Source of the DNA: Pirellulales bacterium
GTDB lineage: Bacteria; Planctomycetota; Planctomycetia; Pirellulales; PALSA-1355
Reading direction: 5' to 3'
NCBI GenBank assembly: GCA_963733035.1
Contig: CAVTBU010000007.1
Span: 96,001 to 160,000, forward strand
DNA: 64,000 bases
The position numbers were made by a program, and so were the translations under genes. Below the pieces are notes generated by a model that saw only the letters and a program-made list of their open reading frames with translations, searched no databases and was not told the origin of the DNA. Below are positions 41,303 through 50,827 of this stretch, piece after piece; position 1 is the first letter of the stretch, and each line of letters starts with the position of its first letter.

Positions 41303-41713
41303 TCATCCCTCGGACTTGATCCTTCCCTCCGCCCCTCCTCCGATTCGCGGCTTCGCCAGTTCACCCGTCGCATTGGCAATCAGTTGCTCGGGATTCGTCG
41401 GCATCGCGCCGGCCGGGCCGGCAAGCTTGTCGTGGTCGTTTTCTCCGCGGGGCTCCAGCATTTTCCAGGAGGTCGCGCCGCGCGGCGGGCCGTCGGCGCG
41501 TTGCCGCTTGCAGAGCTCGTCGAGCACGTGTTGCATGTGCTGCGAGGCGAGGTAGCCCTCCATGGTTACCCACTGCGGATGCGGACCGTAGTAAGCTGTC
41601 GGTCCACTCGAGCGCCGTAACAGCCGGTCCCACCAATTCGGCCGGCGATAGACCTTGAGCAGCAGATCGCCGCCGTTGCCGCTGGGCCCCACGGAAGTCA
41701 ATTCGTAATGCAC
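41303..41713 (-). CDS. Hypothetical protein
   Basis: AAGGAG SD 7 nt before GTG 41713; 136 aa; no family recognised. Confidence 0.55.
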   Translation of the reverse strand: MHYELTSVGPSGNGGDLLLKVYRRPNWWDRLLRRSSGPTAYYGPHPQWVTMEGYLASQHMQHVLDELCKRQRADGPPRGATSWKMLEPRGENDHDKLAGPAGAMPTNPEQLIANATGELAKPRIGGGAEGRIKSEG

Positions 41714-41747
41714 GAGTTGTCTCCTTAGGTTGGTCGCCCCTATGGAA

Positions 41748-42208
41748 CTACTCCAATGCATTATACGCGGCGCGGACAGCCTCCATCCGTCGGCGGTTTG
41801 TCCCTAGATCCGAATAGCCGATGCGCGAGGCCGAGCGAAAGTCGATTTGCTTCGTCTCCGGATCGACGACGAATTCCACGTCGTCGGTAAAACGAAACAG
41901 TGCCGTGCGGAATTCCACGTGCAGATAAGCTCCCTCCTCGGTGACAATCGTCGTTCGCGGCATCGACGCAATCGCCCGCTTCAACCGCGCGACGGCTTCC
42001 TCGGACGAACCGGTGAACTCGAGGGCGCAATCCCGTGCTCTTCGTCGGTGTCCTCGGTACACACGCAGTTCGGCGAGGCGGGGCAGCGCCGCAGCGTGCC
42101 GTCGACCAGCCCCAGGTCAGCGGGCCGTGTCGAGAGCGCACTGCGAACCGCGAGCGAACCAAAAAACAACACGAGCATAGCCAACAGCCCGACGCCGAGA
42201 TAAATCAT
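41748..42208 (-). CDS. DUF1499 family protein; apparent frameshift near 42024
   Basis: N-terminal TM helix and CPASPNCV (ORF 41981..42235) join FTDDVEF...RSASRIGYSDLGTNRRR (ORF 41748..42062). Confidence 0.85.
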
Positions 42209-42304
42209 GATTCTTCGCCAAATCGTGAAAGACACGTGGCTCTTGGTAACGTGAGAATGGGAGTAGCCGAGCGGCGAAGCGAAATCCTCCTCCGCACGCG
42301 GTGT

Positions 42305-43489
42305 TCAAATCCCCTTTTGCTTGGCGATGATGTCGTACATCACTTCGGTGGTGCCGCCGCCGATGCGGTCAAGGCGGATGTCGCGGTAGGCGCGCTGGAT
42401 GGGGTATTTGCTCAGGTAGCCCCAACCGCCGTGCAGTTGCAGGCAGTCGTCGATGATCCGGCAGGCGGCATCGGCGGCAAACGCCTTGGCCATTGCCACT
42501 TCCTTCAGGCTCGGAATGCCCCGCACCACGCGCCAGGCGGTGGCATAGACCAACTGCCGCGCGGCTTCCAGCTCCATGTAGCTCTTGGCCAGCCGCTGCC
42601 GGGTCACCTGCATGTCGGACAGATGCCCGTCACCGTATTCGCGGCCTTGTACATATTGCACGGTTTGATCGAGCGAGATCTCAGCCAACCCGACGCAACC
42701 GGCCGCGATCACGATCCGTTCGTGCTCAAAGCACTGCATGATCTGGTAGAACCCTTTGTTCTCCTCGCCGATCAACGCCGAGGCCGGCAGCTGGCAGCCG
42801 TCGAATCGCAGGTGGCCGGTGTCGCTGGCGCGGCGGCCCAGTTTGCCCTTCATCTCCTCGACGCTAAAGCCGGGCGTCGTCCGCTCCACCAGAAACATGC
42901 TGATGCCCTGGCGGCCCAGTGCGGGATCCGTCTTGGCGGCAATGAAGTACAGGTCGGCAATCACGCCGTTGGTGATAAACATCTTCTCGCCCGAGAGCGT
43001 CCAGCCGTCGCCCTGGCGCACTGCCGTGGTCTTGATGCCGGCCACGTTCGTGCCTGCGGTTGGTTCGGTAACGCCGAGCGCTCCCACTTTGCGCCCGGCG
43101 ATCATGTCGCGCAGATAACGGTCTTTCTGCTCTTGGGTTCCGAAGCGAACCAGGTGCGGCTTGGCAATTTCGTTGTGGGCCCCCAGGGCCATCCCCACGC
43201 CGCACGAACGCGACTTGGAAATCTCCTCGCTCATCACAATTGCCATTCGGCAATCGATGCCCGATCCGCCGTATTCCTCCGGTGCGCCATGCGCCAGCAA
43301 GCCCGCTTCGCCCGCCTTCAGGTATAGGTCGCGCGGCACGCGTTCGGCTTCTTCCCAGGCGTCGGCAAACGGATTGACGTGCTCCGCGACGAATGCCCGC
43401 ACCCGCTGGCGAAAGTCATGATGCCGCGGTTCGAAGAGGAAGTCGGCTTGTTGATCGGACGTCGGGGCAGCGGGCGCATCGGATTTCAC
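42305..43489 (-). CDS. Acyl-CoA dehydrogenase
   Basis: GVTEPTAGTN, GEKMFITNG, KLG, QLHGGWGY and RIGGGTTE. Confidence 0.95.
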   Translation of the reverse strand: MKSDAPAAPTSDQQADFLFEPRHHDFRQRVRAFVAEHVNPFADAWEEAERVPRDLYLKAGEAGLLAHGAPEEYGGSGIDCRMAIVMSEEISKSRSCGVGMALGAHNEIAKPHLVRFGTQEQKDRYLRDMIAGRKVGALGVTEPTAGTNVAGIKTTAVRQGDGWTLSGEKMFITNGVIADLYFIAAKTDPALGRQGISMFLVERTTPGFSVEEMKGKLGRRASDTGHLRFDGCQLPASALIGEENKGFYQIMQCFEHERIVIAAGCVGLAEISLDQTVQYVQGREYGDGHLSDMQVTRQRLAKSYMELEAARQLVYATAWRVVRGIPSLKEVAMAKAFAADAACRIIDDCLQLHGGWGYLSKYPIQRAYRDIRLDRIGGGTTEVMYDIIAKQKGI

Positions 43490-43599
43490 AACAAGGACCT
43501 CCTGGCACGAGGGTTTGGATGGGCGCCTGCTATTACAGCGGCCAGGAGAGTCGCGGTCAAACGATTCGCTGCGCGTTCAAGGAACTTGTGCCTCCCACG

Positions 43600-43842
43600 T
43601 CACATTCCGATGACCCACCACAGCAAGATCACCAGGCACAACACCACGCCCACGATCATCCACCACGGCTTCCGTGCCGCTGGCGCGTCCTCCGCCGAGA
43701 TATATTGCTCGCAATAGGGGCACCGCACCGCATCCTCATGGATCTCTCGCCGGCAATAAGGGCAGGGGACCGTCACATCGTCGTCATCCTCGTCGACGTC
43801 GTATTCGTCGTCGTCATCGTCGAAATCGTCGTCGTAGCTCAT
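43600..43842 (-). CDS. Small acidic zinc-ribbon protein with a C-terminal TM anchor
   Basis: D/E-rich N-terminus, CPYC-x10-CPYC, hydrophobic C-terminus. Confidence 0.8.
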   Translation of the reverse strand: MSYDDDFDDDDDEYDVDEDDDDVTVPCPYCRREIHEDAVRCPYCEQYISAEDAPAARKPWWMIVGVVLCLVILLWWVIGM

Positions 43843-44000
43843 GGCCGTTAGCGTAACCTGGAACGAAAGGGCAGGAAAGCCGAGCCATATTTGCAATGTC
43901 ATCGAAGCCTGGTTCCCATTGTCCCCAGGCGCACTAGAATACTCTTGGCCTCGTCACCTGCTCTCCATCATTGCATCATGATTCACTGCGAGGATTCTTC

Positions 44001-46069
44001 ATGCGCCGCTGTCTGCTTTCTTTCGTTTGCCTGGGAGGTTTGCTCTTGTCCACCGAACCAGTTGCTGTCGCCGGGCATCCGCTTTCGCTTGCCGACCTGT
44101 TTGCCATGCAGCGGATTTCCGATCCGCAGGTCAGTCCCGATGGCAAGAGCGTGGCCTATGTCGTCGGCGTGGTCGACAAGGAGAAGAATGCCAGTACTTC
44201 CACGATCTGGCTGGCGCCGACCGATGGCGGCCATCCGCGGCAACTGACCGGCGGACCAAAGCACGACAAGCACCCGCGATTCAGCCCCGACGGCACGAAA
44301 CTGTTGTTCGAGTCGGACCGATCGGGCGACACGCAGTTGTGGATACTCGATTTGGCCAGCGGGGGCGAGGCACGCCAGCTGACCACGATTGCCAGCGAAG
44401 CCAGTACCGGCATCTGGTCGCCTGACGGCAAGTGGGTCGCCTTCGTCTCGGCCGTCTATCCCGAGTACTCCGGCCAACCGTTTATCGAAAGCAATGCGGC
44501 TAACAAGAAGCGGAAAGAAGAGATCGAAAAGAACCCGGTCAAGGCGCGGATATTCGACAAGTTGTTCTTCCGCCACTGGGACTCGTGGGTGGAAGGCAAG
44601 CGGCAGCATTTGTTCGTGATGGCGGCCGACGGCGGTGAGCCCCGCGATCTGACGCCCGGCGATTTGGATGCCTATCCCACGTCGTCGACCTTTTCGATGG
44701 GGGACGACTTCACCTTCACGGCGGATAGCTCGGCAATCGTTTACACCGCGCCGGCCGTGCGCGATGAAGCCTGGAGCACGAATCACGATCTGTATCGCGT
44801 GCCGGTAGCGGGCGGAAAGCCGGAGAACCTGACTGCGGATAACCCCGCCGCCGACAGTTGCCCACGCTTCAGTCCCGATGGAAAGTGGCTGGCGTACCGC
44901 GTCAGGCGAAGGCCGGATTCGAAGCCGATCGCTGGCAACTCATGATCGCCCCGTCCGCTGGCGGCACGCCGCGCAGCATCACGGCGTCGCACGACCGATC
45001 GATCGACGCCTTTGTGTGGGCCGACAACGAGACGATCTATTGCACCTCGGAGCGAAACGCGAACATTCCCCTCTGCAAGATCGGCGTGAAGGACGGCAGC
45101 CTCACTGAAGTTGCCACTGGCGGCGTGTTCGGTTCGCCGAGTATCAGCCGCGACGGCCAGCATCTGACCGCGGCGCACGCATCGATGAACGCCCCGGCGG
45201 AAGTCGTGCTGTTCGCTACGGCCAGCGGCAAGCTGCGGAATCTTACCGAGGCGAACCAGGCCCTGCTCGCCGACGTCACCATGAACAAGCCACAAAGCGT
45301 CATGGTAAAAGGGGCCGGCGGCACACCCATGCAGATGTGGATCGTTACGCCGCCCGGTTTCGACGCGAAACAGAAATGGCCCCTGGTCTACCTGGTGCAT
45401 GGCGGGCCGCAGGGGGCCTGGGAAGACGGCTGGAGCTACCGCTGGAACCCGCAGCTATGGGCGGCCCAAGGTTACGTCGTCGCTTTGCCGAATCCGCGCG
45501 GCAGTACCGGGTTTGGTCAGCAATACGTCGACGAGATCAGCGGCGACTGGGGGGGAAAGGTCTTCGACGATCTGATGGCCGGTGTCGATTACCTGGAAAA
45601 GCTGCCGTACATCGACACCACGCGAATGGCCGCCGCCGGCGCATCGTTCGGTGGCTACATGATGAACTGGTTCGAGGGGCACACGGACAAGTTCAAGACG
45701 CTCATCACCCACTGCGGCGTCTACAACTTCGACAGCATGTACGCCACGACCGAGGAACTCTGGTTCGACGAATGGGAGCACGGCGGCCCCCCCTGGGAAA
45801 GCCGCGAGAGCTACGAAAAGTTCTCGCCGCACCTGTACGCCAAGAACTTCAAGACGCCGATGCTGATCATCCACAACGACCAGGACTTTCGCGTGCCAAT
45901 CAGCGAAGGCCTGATGATGTTTACCACGCTGCAGCGCCTTGGTATCCCCAGCCGGATGGTCAACTTTCCCGACGAGGGCCACTGGGTGCTCAAGCCGGCC
46001 AATAGCGAGTACTGGCACCAGGAAGTGTTCGACTGGCTGAAGAAGTACGTGCCGCCGGGACCGAAGTAG
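44001..46069 (+). CDS. S9 family exported peptidase (dipeptidyl aminopeptidase-like); apparent frameshift near 44901
   Basis: Signal peptide, PD40 repeats (SPDGK), VHGGPQG, NPRGSTG, nucleophile GASFGG, DFRV and EGH. Confidence 0.92.
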
Positions 46070-46108
46070 TGGCCCGCTCGTCACAGGCTTTGCCCGTCGC
46101 AGCCAATC

Positions 46109-46414
46109 CTACTGCTTGGCCGGCGACTCAGTCGGATTCGACGTGATGACGTGCTTTCCTGCTCGGAGCCGATAGACGCGATGCATCGGCTGCCACGGCG
46201 TTCGGAAAGCCGCGCGAATGCGTTGGGCATCGCCATTAAAACCGGCGGCTTGCAGTTTGTCCGCGGCTTCCAGGGCGAAATCCACCCGGTCACCGCCGAG
46301 GAAAGTCGGATAATCCAACAGGGTCGGCCGGGAATAGGGTGGAAAGTCGTCGTCGTTGGCGGTCGCGGCCGACAGCCATGTGAGTCCCATAAAACACGTT
46401 AGTAGAAATCGCAT
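46109..46414 (-). CDS. Small secreted hypothetical protein carrying the LxAAG helical motif
   Basis: GGAGG SD, signal peptide ending ATA. The segment EAADKLQAAGFNGDAQRIR matches the two upstream genes. Confidence 0.7.
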   Translation of the reverse strand: MRFLLTCFMGLTWLSAATANDDDFPPYSRPTLLDYPTFLGGDRVDFALEAADKLQAAGFNGDAQRIRAAFRTPWQPMHRVYRLRAGKHVITSNPTESPAKQ

Positions 46415-46549
46415 TTCGGCCTCCCCAAATCGAAATTCGCTTCGTCACGTGCTTCCGCCTACGCGACGAGGCGACCGGCTCGATCGCGACGCATGCGTAC
46501 CTGAATTGCACCACAGTGGCGGGTGTCAACCAGGCGAGCGAATGCCCGT

Positions 46550-47728
46550 TTAGCGATTTCCTTTCGCGTGTCCGTGCGCCGACGCCGTGACCGGCGGTTG
46601 GGCGGTGACCAGTTCCGGAGTCACCAGCACCATCAACTGCACCTGGTCCGCGCACGCTTCCTCGTTGCACGCCGCGCCCTGTTCCTTCCGCTTTTGCCGC
46701 TGCTGCAACAAGCCGCACAGAACGGTCGTGTGGCCTGGCTTGACCTCGAAGCCGGTATCGACCATCAGCGTTCGCAGACCAGGGACCTTCAGCCCCTGGT
46801 TTTCGGTATCGCGCGACGGGTCGTGTTCGGTGAACTCTCCTCGAAGTCCGACGCGGAGTTTCCCGTCCGCGGCGGGCGTCACGACCGCATCGATGGTGGT
46901 CCCGACATTTCGCAGGGTGTAAGTCAGGGTTCCGTCCGAGTGCGTCACAGGCACTGCAACTTCGTCGCCCACTTGATAGCGCGCAGCGCGGCCAAACACC
47001 GTTCCGACGGTCGGCGCCGAGAGCACTTTCAGACGCTTCTTCTTGCTCAACTCTTGAATCTCACTTGCAATTTCATCCGTCTTGCAGGACGTCAGCCGAA
47101 ACGGTTCCTGGCCGTCCGGTTGGCAATGGGACAGCGCGCGACCTGGTTTCCGCATTTCGGCCACCGGCACCTCGACGAATTCCAGCTTGAGCAGAACTTG
47201 TTGTCGACGGGCAACGCGCGTTTGCAGCGCTTCGATCTCCTTGTGAAGTCGGTCCAGCTCAGCAATCTTTTGCGCCAGCAATTCCGTTCGGACCTGTTCG
47301 GCGCGAACCGCCAATTCCTGGGCTTCGACCGGCAGGCCCGCCGCCAACAAGTGCTCGACGGCCTTGTCCAAATGTTCCAACTGCAGGGCGGTCAACGTTT
47401 CCGCATCGTCGCAACATGCGTCGGTGCAGCAATCGTTGTCGCTGGCCACGGCCTGATCGCAACACTCCGAATGCGGGCAATTCTCGTCCGACGCTTTGGC
47501 GACGCTGGTGCAACAGACGCTGTTTCGGACACCATGAGCTTGACAAGCCGACGCGACGTCCGTAGCCACCGCCTCGGGACAATCGCTCGCAAGCGGACAG
47601 TGCTTCGCCTGGGCGCAGGCCGATTTCTGACACGCCACTTCCTTTGGACACGAAGCACAGGGTTCTTTGGCGCCGCTGAGCGACGGCCACACCAACATTG
47701 CCATCAGTATGAAAGCAGCACAACGCAT
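46550..47728 (-). CDS. Cys-rich protein with a C-terminal CpaC/RcpA-like secretin domain
   Basis: GGAGG SD, signal peptide, Cys-rich region, coiled coil, then QVLLKLEFVEV...KVLSAP...VGDEVAVPV...VPGL...LVTPELV. Confidence 0.78.
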   Translation of the reverse strand: MRCAAFILMAMLVWPSLSGAKEPCASCPKEVACQKSACAQAKHCPLASDCPEAVATDVASACQAHGVRNSVCCTSVAKASDENCPHSECCDQAVASDNDCCTDACCDDAETLTALQLEHLDKAVEHLLAAGLPVEAQELAVRAEQVRTELLAQKIAELDRLHKEIEALQTRVARRQQVLLKLEFVEVPVAEMRKPGRALSHCQPDGQEPFRLTSCKTDEIASEIQELSKKKRLKVLSAPTVGTVFGRAARYQVGDEVAVPVTHSDGTLTYTLRNVGTTIDAVVTPAADGKLRVGLRGEFTEHDPSRDTENQGLKVPGLRTLMVDTGFEVKPGHTTVLCGLLQQRQKRKEQGAACNEEACADQVQLMVLVTPELVTAQPPVTASAHGHAKGNR

Positions 47729-47815
47729 TGAAGCACCTCCATGTTTCGAAGTCTCGGCGTTCCTAGGGCGCAATCACACCACGGGCGTGTCGTGCCATCG
47801 CCGAAAACGGGTTGA

Positions 47816-49399
47816 TTATTTTGATTCGTTGGCTTTCGGGAGCTTGGCCATTGCCGGAGCCGACGTGTCGATCAACTCAGGCGTCACGAGAAACAATGTT
47901 TGCACCTCGCTGCGAACCGTTTTCGTCTCCGTTGTGAACAGACCGACATGCTTTTCGGCCGTCACCCGCTGCTGCACCTGTCCACCCAGGACGGCGGTTT
48001 GGCCCAATTCCATGTCAAAACCGGTTTCGATCTCTTGAACCCGGAGACCTGGGACCTTGATGCCGACGGCCTTCATCCCAAAGTAAGGATCGAGTTGCGT
48101 CACCTTGGGGTGAATTGCCAGGCGGACCCGATTCGCGGCGATGAAATCCAGGGCGGCATCGATCCGCGTGCCGAAATCCTGGAGCTTGACTTCGATAGAC
48201 TTGTCGGGACGCACGACAGGAGTGGCCACGCTACCGCCGCTGGTAAATGATGCCGGTTGACCATCGAGCATCAGAAGGGTCGCTGACGCCAACTCCTTGG
48301 CCAGATTTTGATTCTGGAGCGCTGAAACCAATCCACGGATTCCCTCGGGGTCTCCCAACGTAAGCGTAATTCGTCGCCCCTTAATCGTTTCTTGGCCGTT
48401 CGTTGAATCGCTCGACTCGTTGAAGAGTGCCGCGGCAAAACCGAGATGATTCAAACTCGTCAATGAAACTTCGAGCACCTGGACACGAAGGGCAACTTGC
48501 TTTGATGCAGGTCTACTGACATGCAACTCCTCCAGTTCGCCCTGTAGCCGTGCAAGTTCGGCCGCCTGTTGCTTTACCAGCTCCTGACGTTGTCGTTCGG
48601 CTCGATGGCGAACCTTCTCGGCCTCGTCCAATAGCCCTGCCGCGGCCAGGTGCGTCGCGGCCTCGTCCAAGTGTTCCAACTGCTCGACGGTCATCGTCTC
48701 CTCGTCGGTACAAGTCGACTCAGCGCAGCACGTGCCCGCAGGGCAAACGGCCACGGTCGCGGCGCAGCAGGCGTCAGTAGCGACCTCTTGCTTACAGCAC
48801 TCCGATTGCGGGCACTGCTCATCGGAAGCTGTGGCAACGGCTTCACAGCTTCCTTTCTTGCAGCACTTGCCCTTCGTGCAGTCTCCGGCGACGTCGGTCG
48901 CGAGCGCCTCGGGACATTCACCACCTTCGCAGCACGCTGCGGTTTTGGCACAAACGCCCGCCGACTTGCAGCACGCTTGATCTTCCGCACTCGCACCTTT
49001 GCAAGCGCAAGTCTTGGCCTTCGCGGCCAGCTTGCCGCAGCTCGTCCCAGCGCCGCAAACGACCATGTCGCCGAACATCGCCCCACTGGTCTGGGTGTCG
49101 ATGGAACCGGCTTGGCAGGACTCGCCCTCACATGCTTTGTTCGCGTTGCACGCCTGCCGGGCTCCGCAAGCCTGGACTCGGCCAACAGTCGTCGGGGCTT
49201 CGTAGGCGGCCGCGTCTTGGCAGGCGGTGCCTTTGGCACATGCCTTCGTGTGGGCACGCGCCGTGTGGAACGCGGCCGCATTCGCCGAAGCCGCCGGGCA
49301 ATAGGCCTCTCGTGGACAGGCCGGCGCCCGGTCTCTGCCTTGGCCCAAGCACGGGTATGCCAAAAGCAGCGCGATCAGACATCCGAATGCAATCCGCAT
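47816..49399 (-). CDS. Longer paralog: Cys-rich protein with a CpaC/RcpA-like secretin domain
   Basis: GGAGG SD, signal peptide, 33 Cys in about the first 230 aa, then QVALRVQVLEVS...DGQPASFTSGG...FGTRID...GQTAVLGG...LVTPELI. Confidence 0.8.
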   Translation of the reverse strand: MRIAFGCLIALLLAYPCLGQGRDRAPACPREAYCPAASANAAAFHTARAHTKACAKGTACQDAAAYEAPTTVGRVQACGARQACNANKACEGESCQAGSIDTQTSGAMFGDMVVCGAGTSCGKLAAKAKTCACKGASAEDQACCKSAGVCAKTAACCEGGECPEALATDVAGDCTKGKCCKKGSCEAVATASDEQCPQSECCKQEVATDACCAATVAVCPAGTCCAESTCTDEETMTVEQLEHLDEAATHLAAAGLLDEAEKVRHRAERQRQELVKQQAAELARLQGELEELHVSRPASKQVALRVQVLEVSLTSLNHLGFAAALFNESSDSTNGQETIKGRRITLTLGDPEGIRGLVSALQNQNLAKELASATLLMLDGQPASFTSGGSVATPVVRPDKSIEVKLQDFGTRIDAALDFIAANRVRLAIHPKVTQLDPYFGMKAVGIKVPGLRVQEIETGFDMELGQTAVLGGQVQQRVTAEKHVGLFTTETKTVRSEVQTLFLVTPELIDTSAPAMAKLPKANESK

Positions 49400-49461
49400 C
49401 GTATTACCTCCATGGTTCCGGCCAATGAAACGCCGTTTCCGCCGAGAGCAGGCGGGCGAGG

Positions 49462-49490
49462 AGAGTATCGCCGAGCCCCTCGGGCGTCAA
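49462..49490 (-). promoter_or_regulatory. Sigma70-like promoter for the Cys-rich secretin genes
   Basis: Minus strand TTGACG-N17-TACTCT, about 60 nt upstream of ATG 49399. Confidence 0.5.
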
Positions 49491-49615
49491 TTCCAAGCCG
49501 AGGCCTTTTTCGCTCGCCAGCACCGCTACCGGTTCGTTGGTAGCTTGCCGCCTGGCGGGGAGTTACAATCGCGCCGGCCGATCGATTTCTCACCCCCGCC
49601 AGGAGCTTCCCCATC

Positions 49616-50806
49616 ATGCCTCGCCAGCCCGCTGCCTTCCGACTGTATTACTCGCTGCTGCCCCTTCTCGGAGCAACACTCCTGGGCACGAGCCTGTTTC
49701 AGTCCGCCGCCGAGGCCCAGTCGCCCAACGAGCTGCTGGTCTATGTCGGCACCTACAGCGGGCCCAACAGCCAAGGCATCTATGCCTATCGCCTGAACCT
49801 GAAGACCGGCAAGTGCACGCCGCTGGGGTTGGCCGCCGAAGTGAAGAACCCCTCGTTCCTGGCCGTGCACCCAACGCAAAAGTTTCTCTACTCGGTGAGC
49901 GAAATCGCCGATCTCGACGGCAAACCCACCGGCGGCGTCAGTGCGTTCACCCTCGACCGCTCGACCGGCAAGCTCGGCAAGCTCAATCATCAATCGTCCG
50001 AAGGGCGCGGGCCGTGCCACGTCACGGTCGACAAGACCGGCCAGGTGGCAATGGTGGCCAACTATGGCGACGGCAGTATCGCCTCGTTGCCCATCGGCCC
50101 CGACGGCAAACTCTCGCCTGCGGCTTCAGCCATTCAACATCACGGCAAGAGCGTGAACCCGCAGCGACAGGAAGGACCGCATGCCCACTCGATCAATCCT
50201 GCGCCCGACAATCGCTTCGCCGTCGCGGCCGACTTGGGGCTCGACAAGGTGTTCGTCTATAAGCTCGATCCGGCGGCCGGCACGCTCACGCCAAACGATC
50301 CGCCGTCGGTTTCGGTCGCGCCCGGTGCTGGCCCTCGGCACTTCGCGTTTCACCCCTCCGGTAAACACGCCTACGTGATCAATGAGATCGCCTGCACGGT
50401 CACCGCGTTCGACTACGATGCCAAAGACGGCGTACTAACCGAAATTCAAACCCTCAGCACGCTCCCCGACGGCGAGTCCGTGCGACCGGAATACAGTACG
50501 GCCGAAGTGCAGGTGCATCCCGGCGGACGCTTCGTTTATGGCTCAAACCGCGGCCACGATACGATCACCGTTTTTGCCGTCGATGAGAAGACCGGCAAGC
50601 TATCGCAGATTCAGAACATCTCCACGCAAGGCAAGACGCCCCGGGGATTCGGCATCGATCCAACCGGCCAGTACCTCTTGGCCGGCAACCAGGCCTCCGG
50701 CACGATCACCATTTTTCGAATCGACGCCGACAGCGGAAAACTCAAGCCGACCGGGCAGCAGCTGCAAGTTGGCTCGCCGGTCTGCGTGAAGTTTGTCAAT
50801 CCTTAG
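49616..50806 (+). CDS. pgl: Lactonase family beta-propeller (6-phosphogluconolactonase-like), with signal peptide
   Basis: YVGTY, NPSFL, VANY, RQEGPHAH, DLGLD, GPRH, SNRGHD and PRGF. Confidence 0.88.
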   Translation: MPRQPAAFRLYYSLLPLLGATLLGTSLFQSAAEAQSPNELLVYVGTYSGPNSQGIYAYRLNLKTGKCTPLGLAAEVKNPSFLAVHPTQKFLYSVSEIADLDGKPTGGVSAFTLDRSTGKLGKLNHQSSEGRGPCHVTVDKTGQVAMVANYGDGSIASLPIGPDGKLSPAASAIQHHGKSVNPQRQEGPHAHSINPAPDNRFAVAADLGLDKVFVYKLDPAAGTLTPNDPPSVSVAPGAGPRHFAFHPSGKHAYVINEIACTVTAFDYDAKDGVLTEIQTLSTLPDGESVRPEYSTAEVQVHPGGRFVYGSNRGHDTITVFAVDEKTGKLSQIQNISTQGKTPRGFGIDPTGQYLLAGNQASGTITIFRIDADSGKLKPTGQQLQVGSPVCVKFVNP

Positions 50807-50827
50807 CCCACTCGCAGGGTGTTCGCC

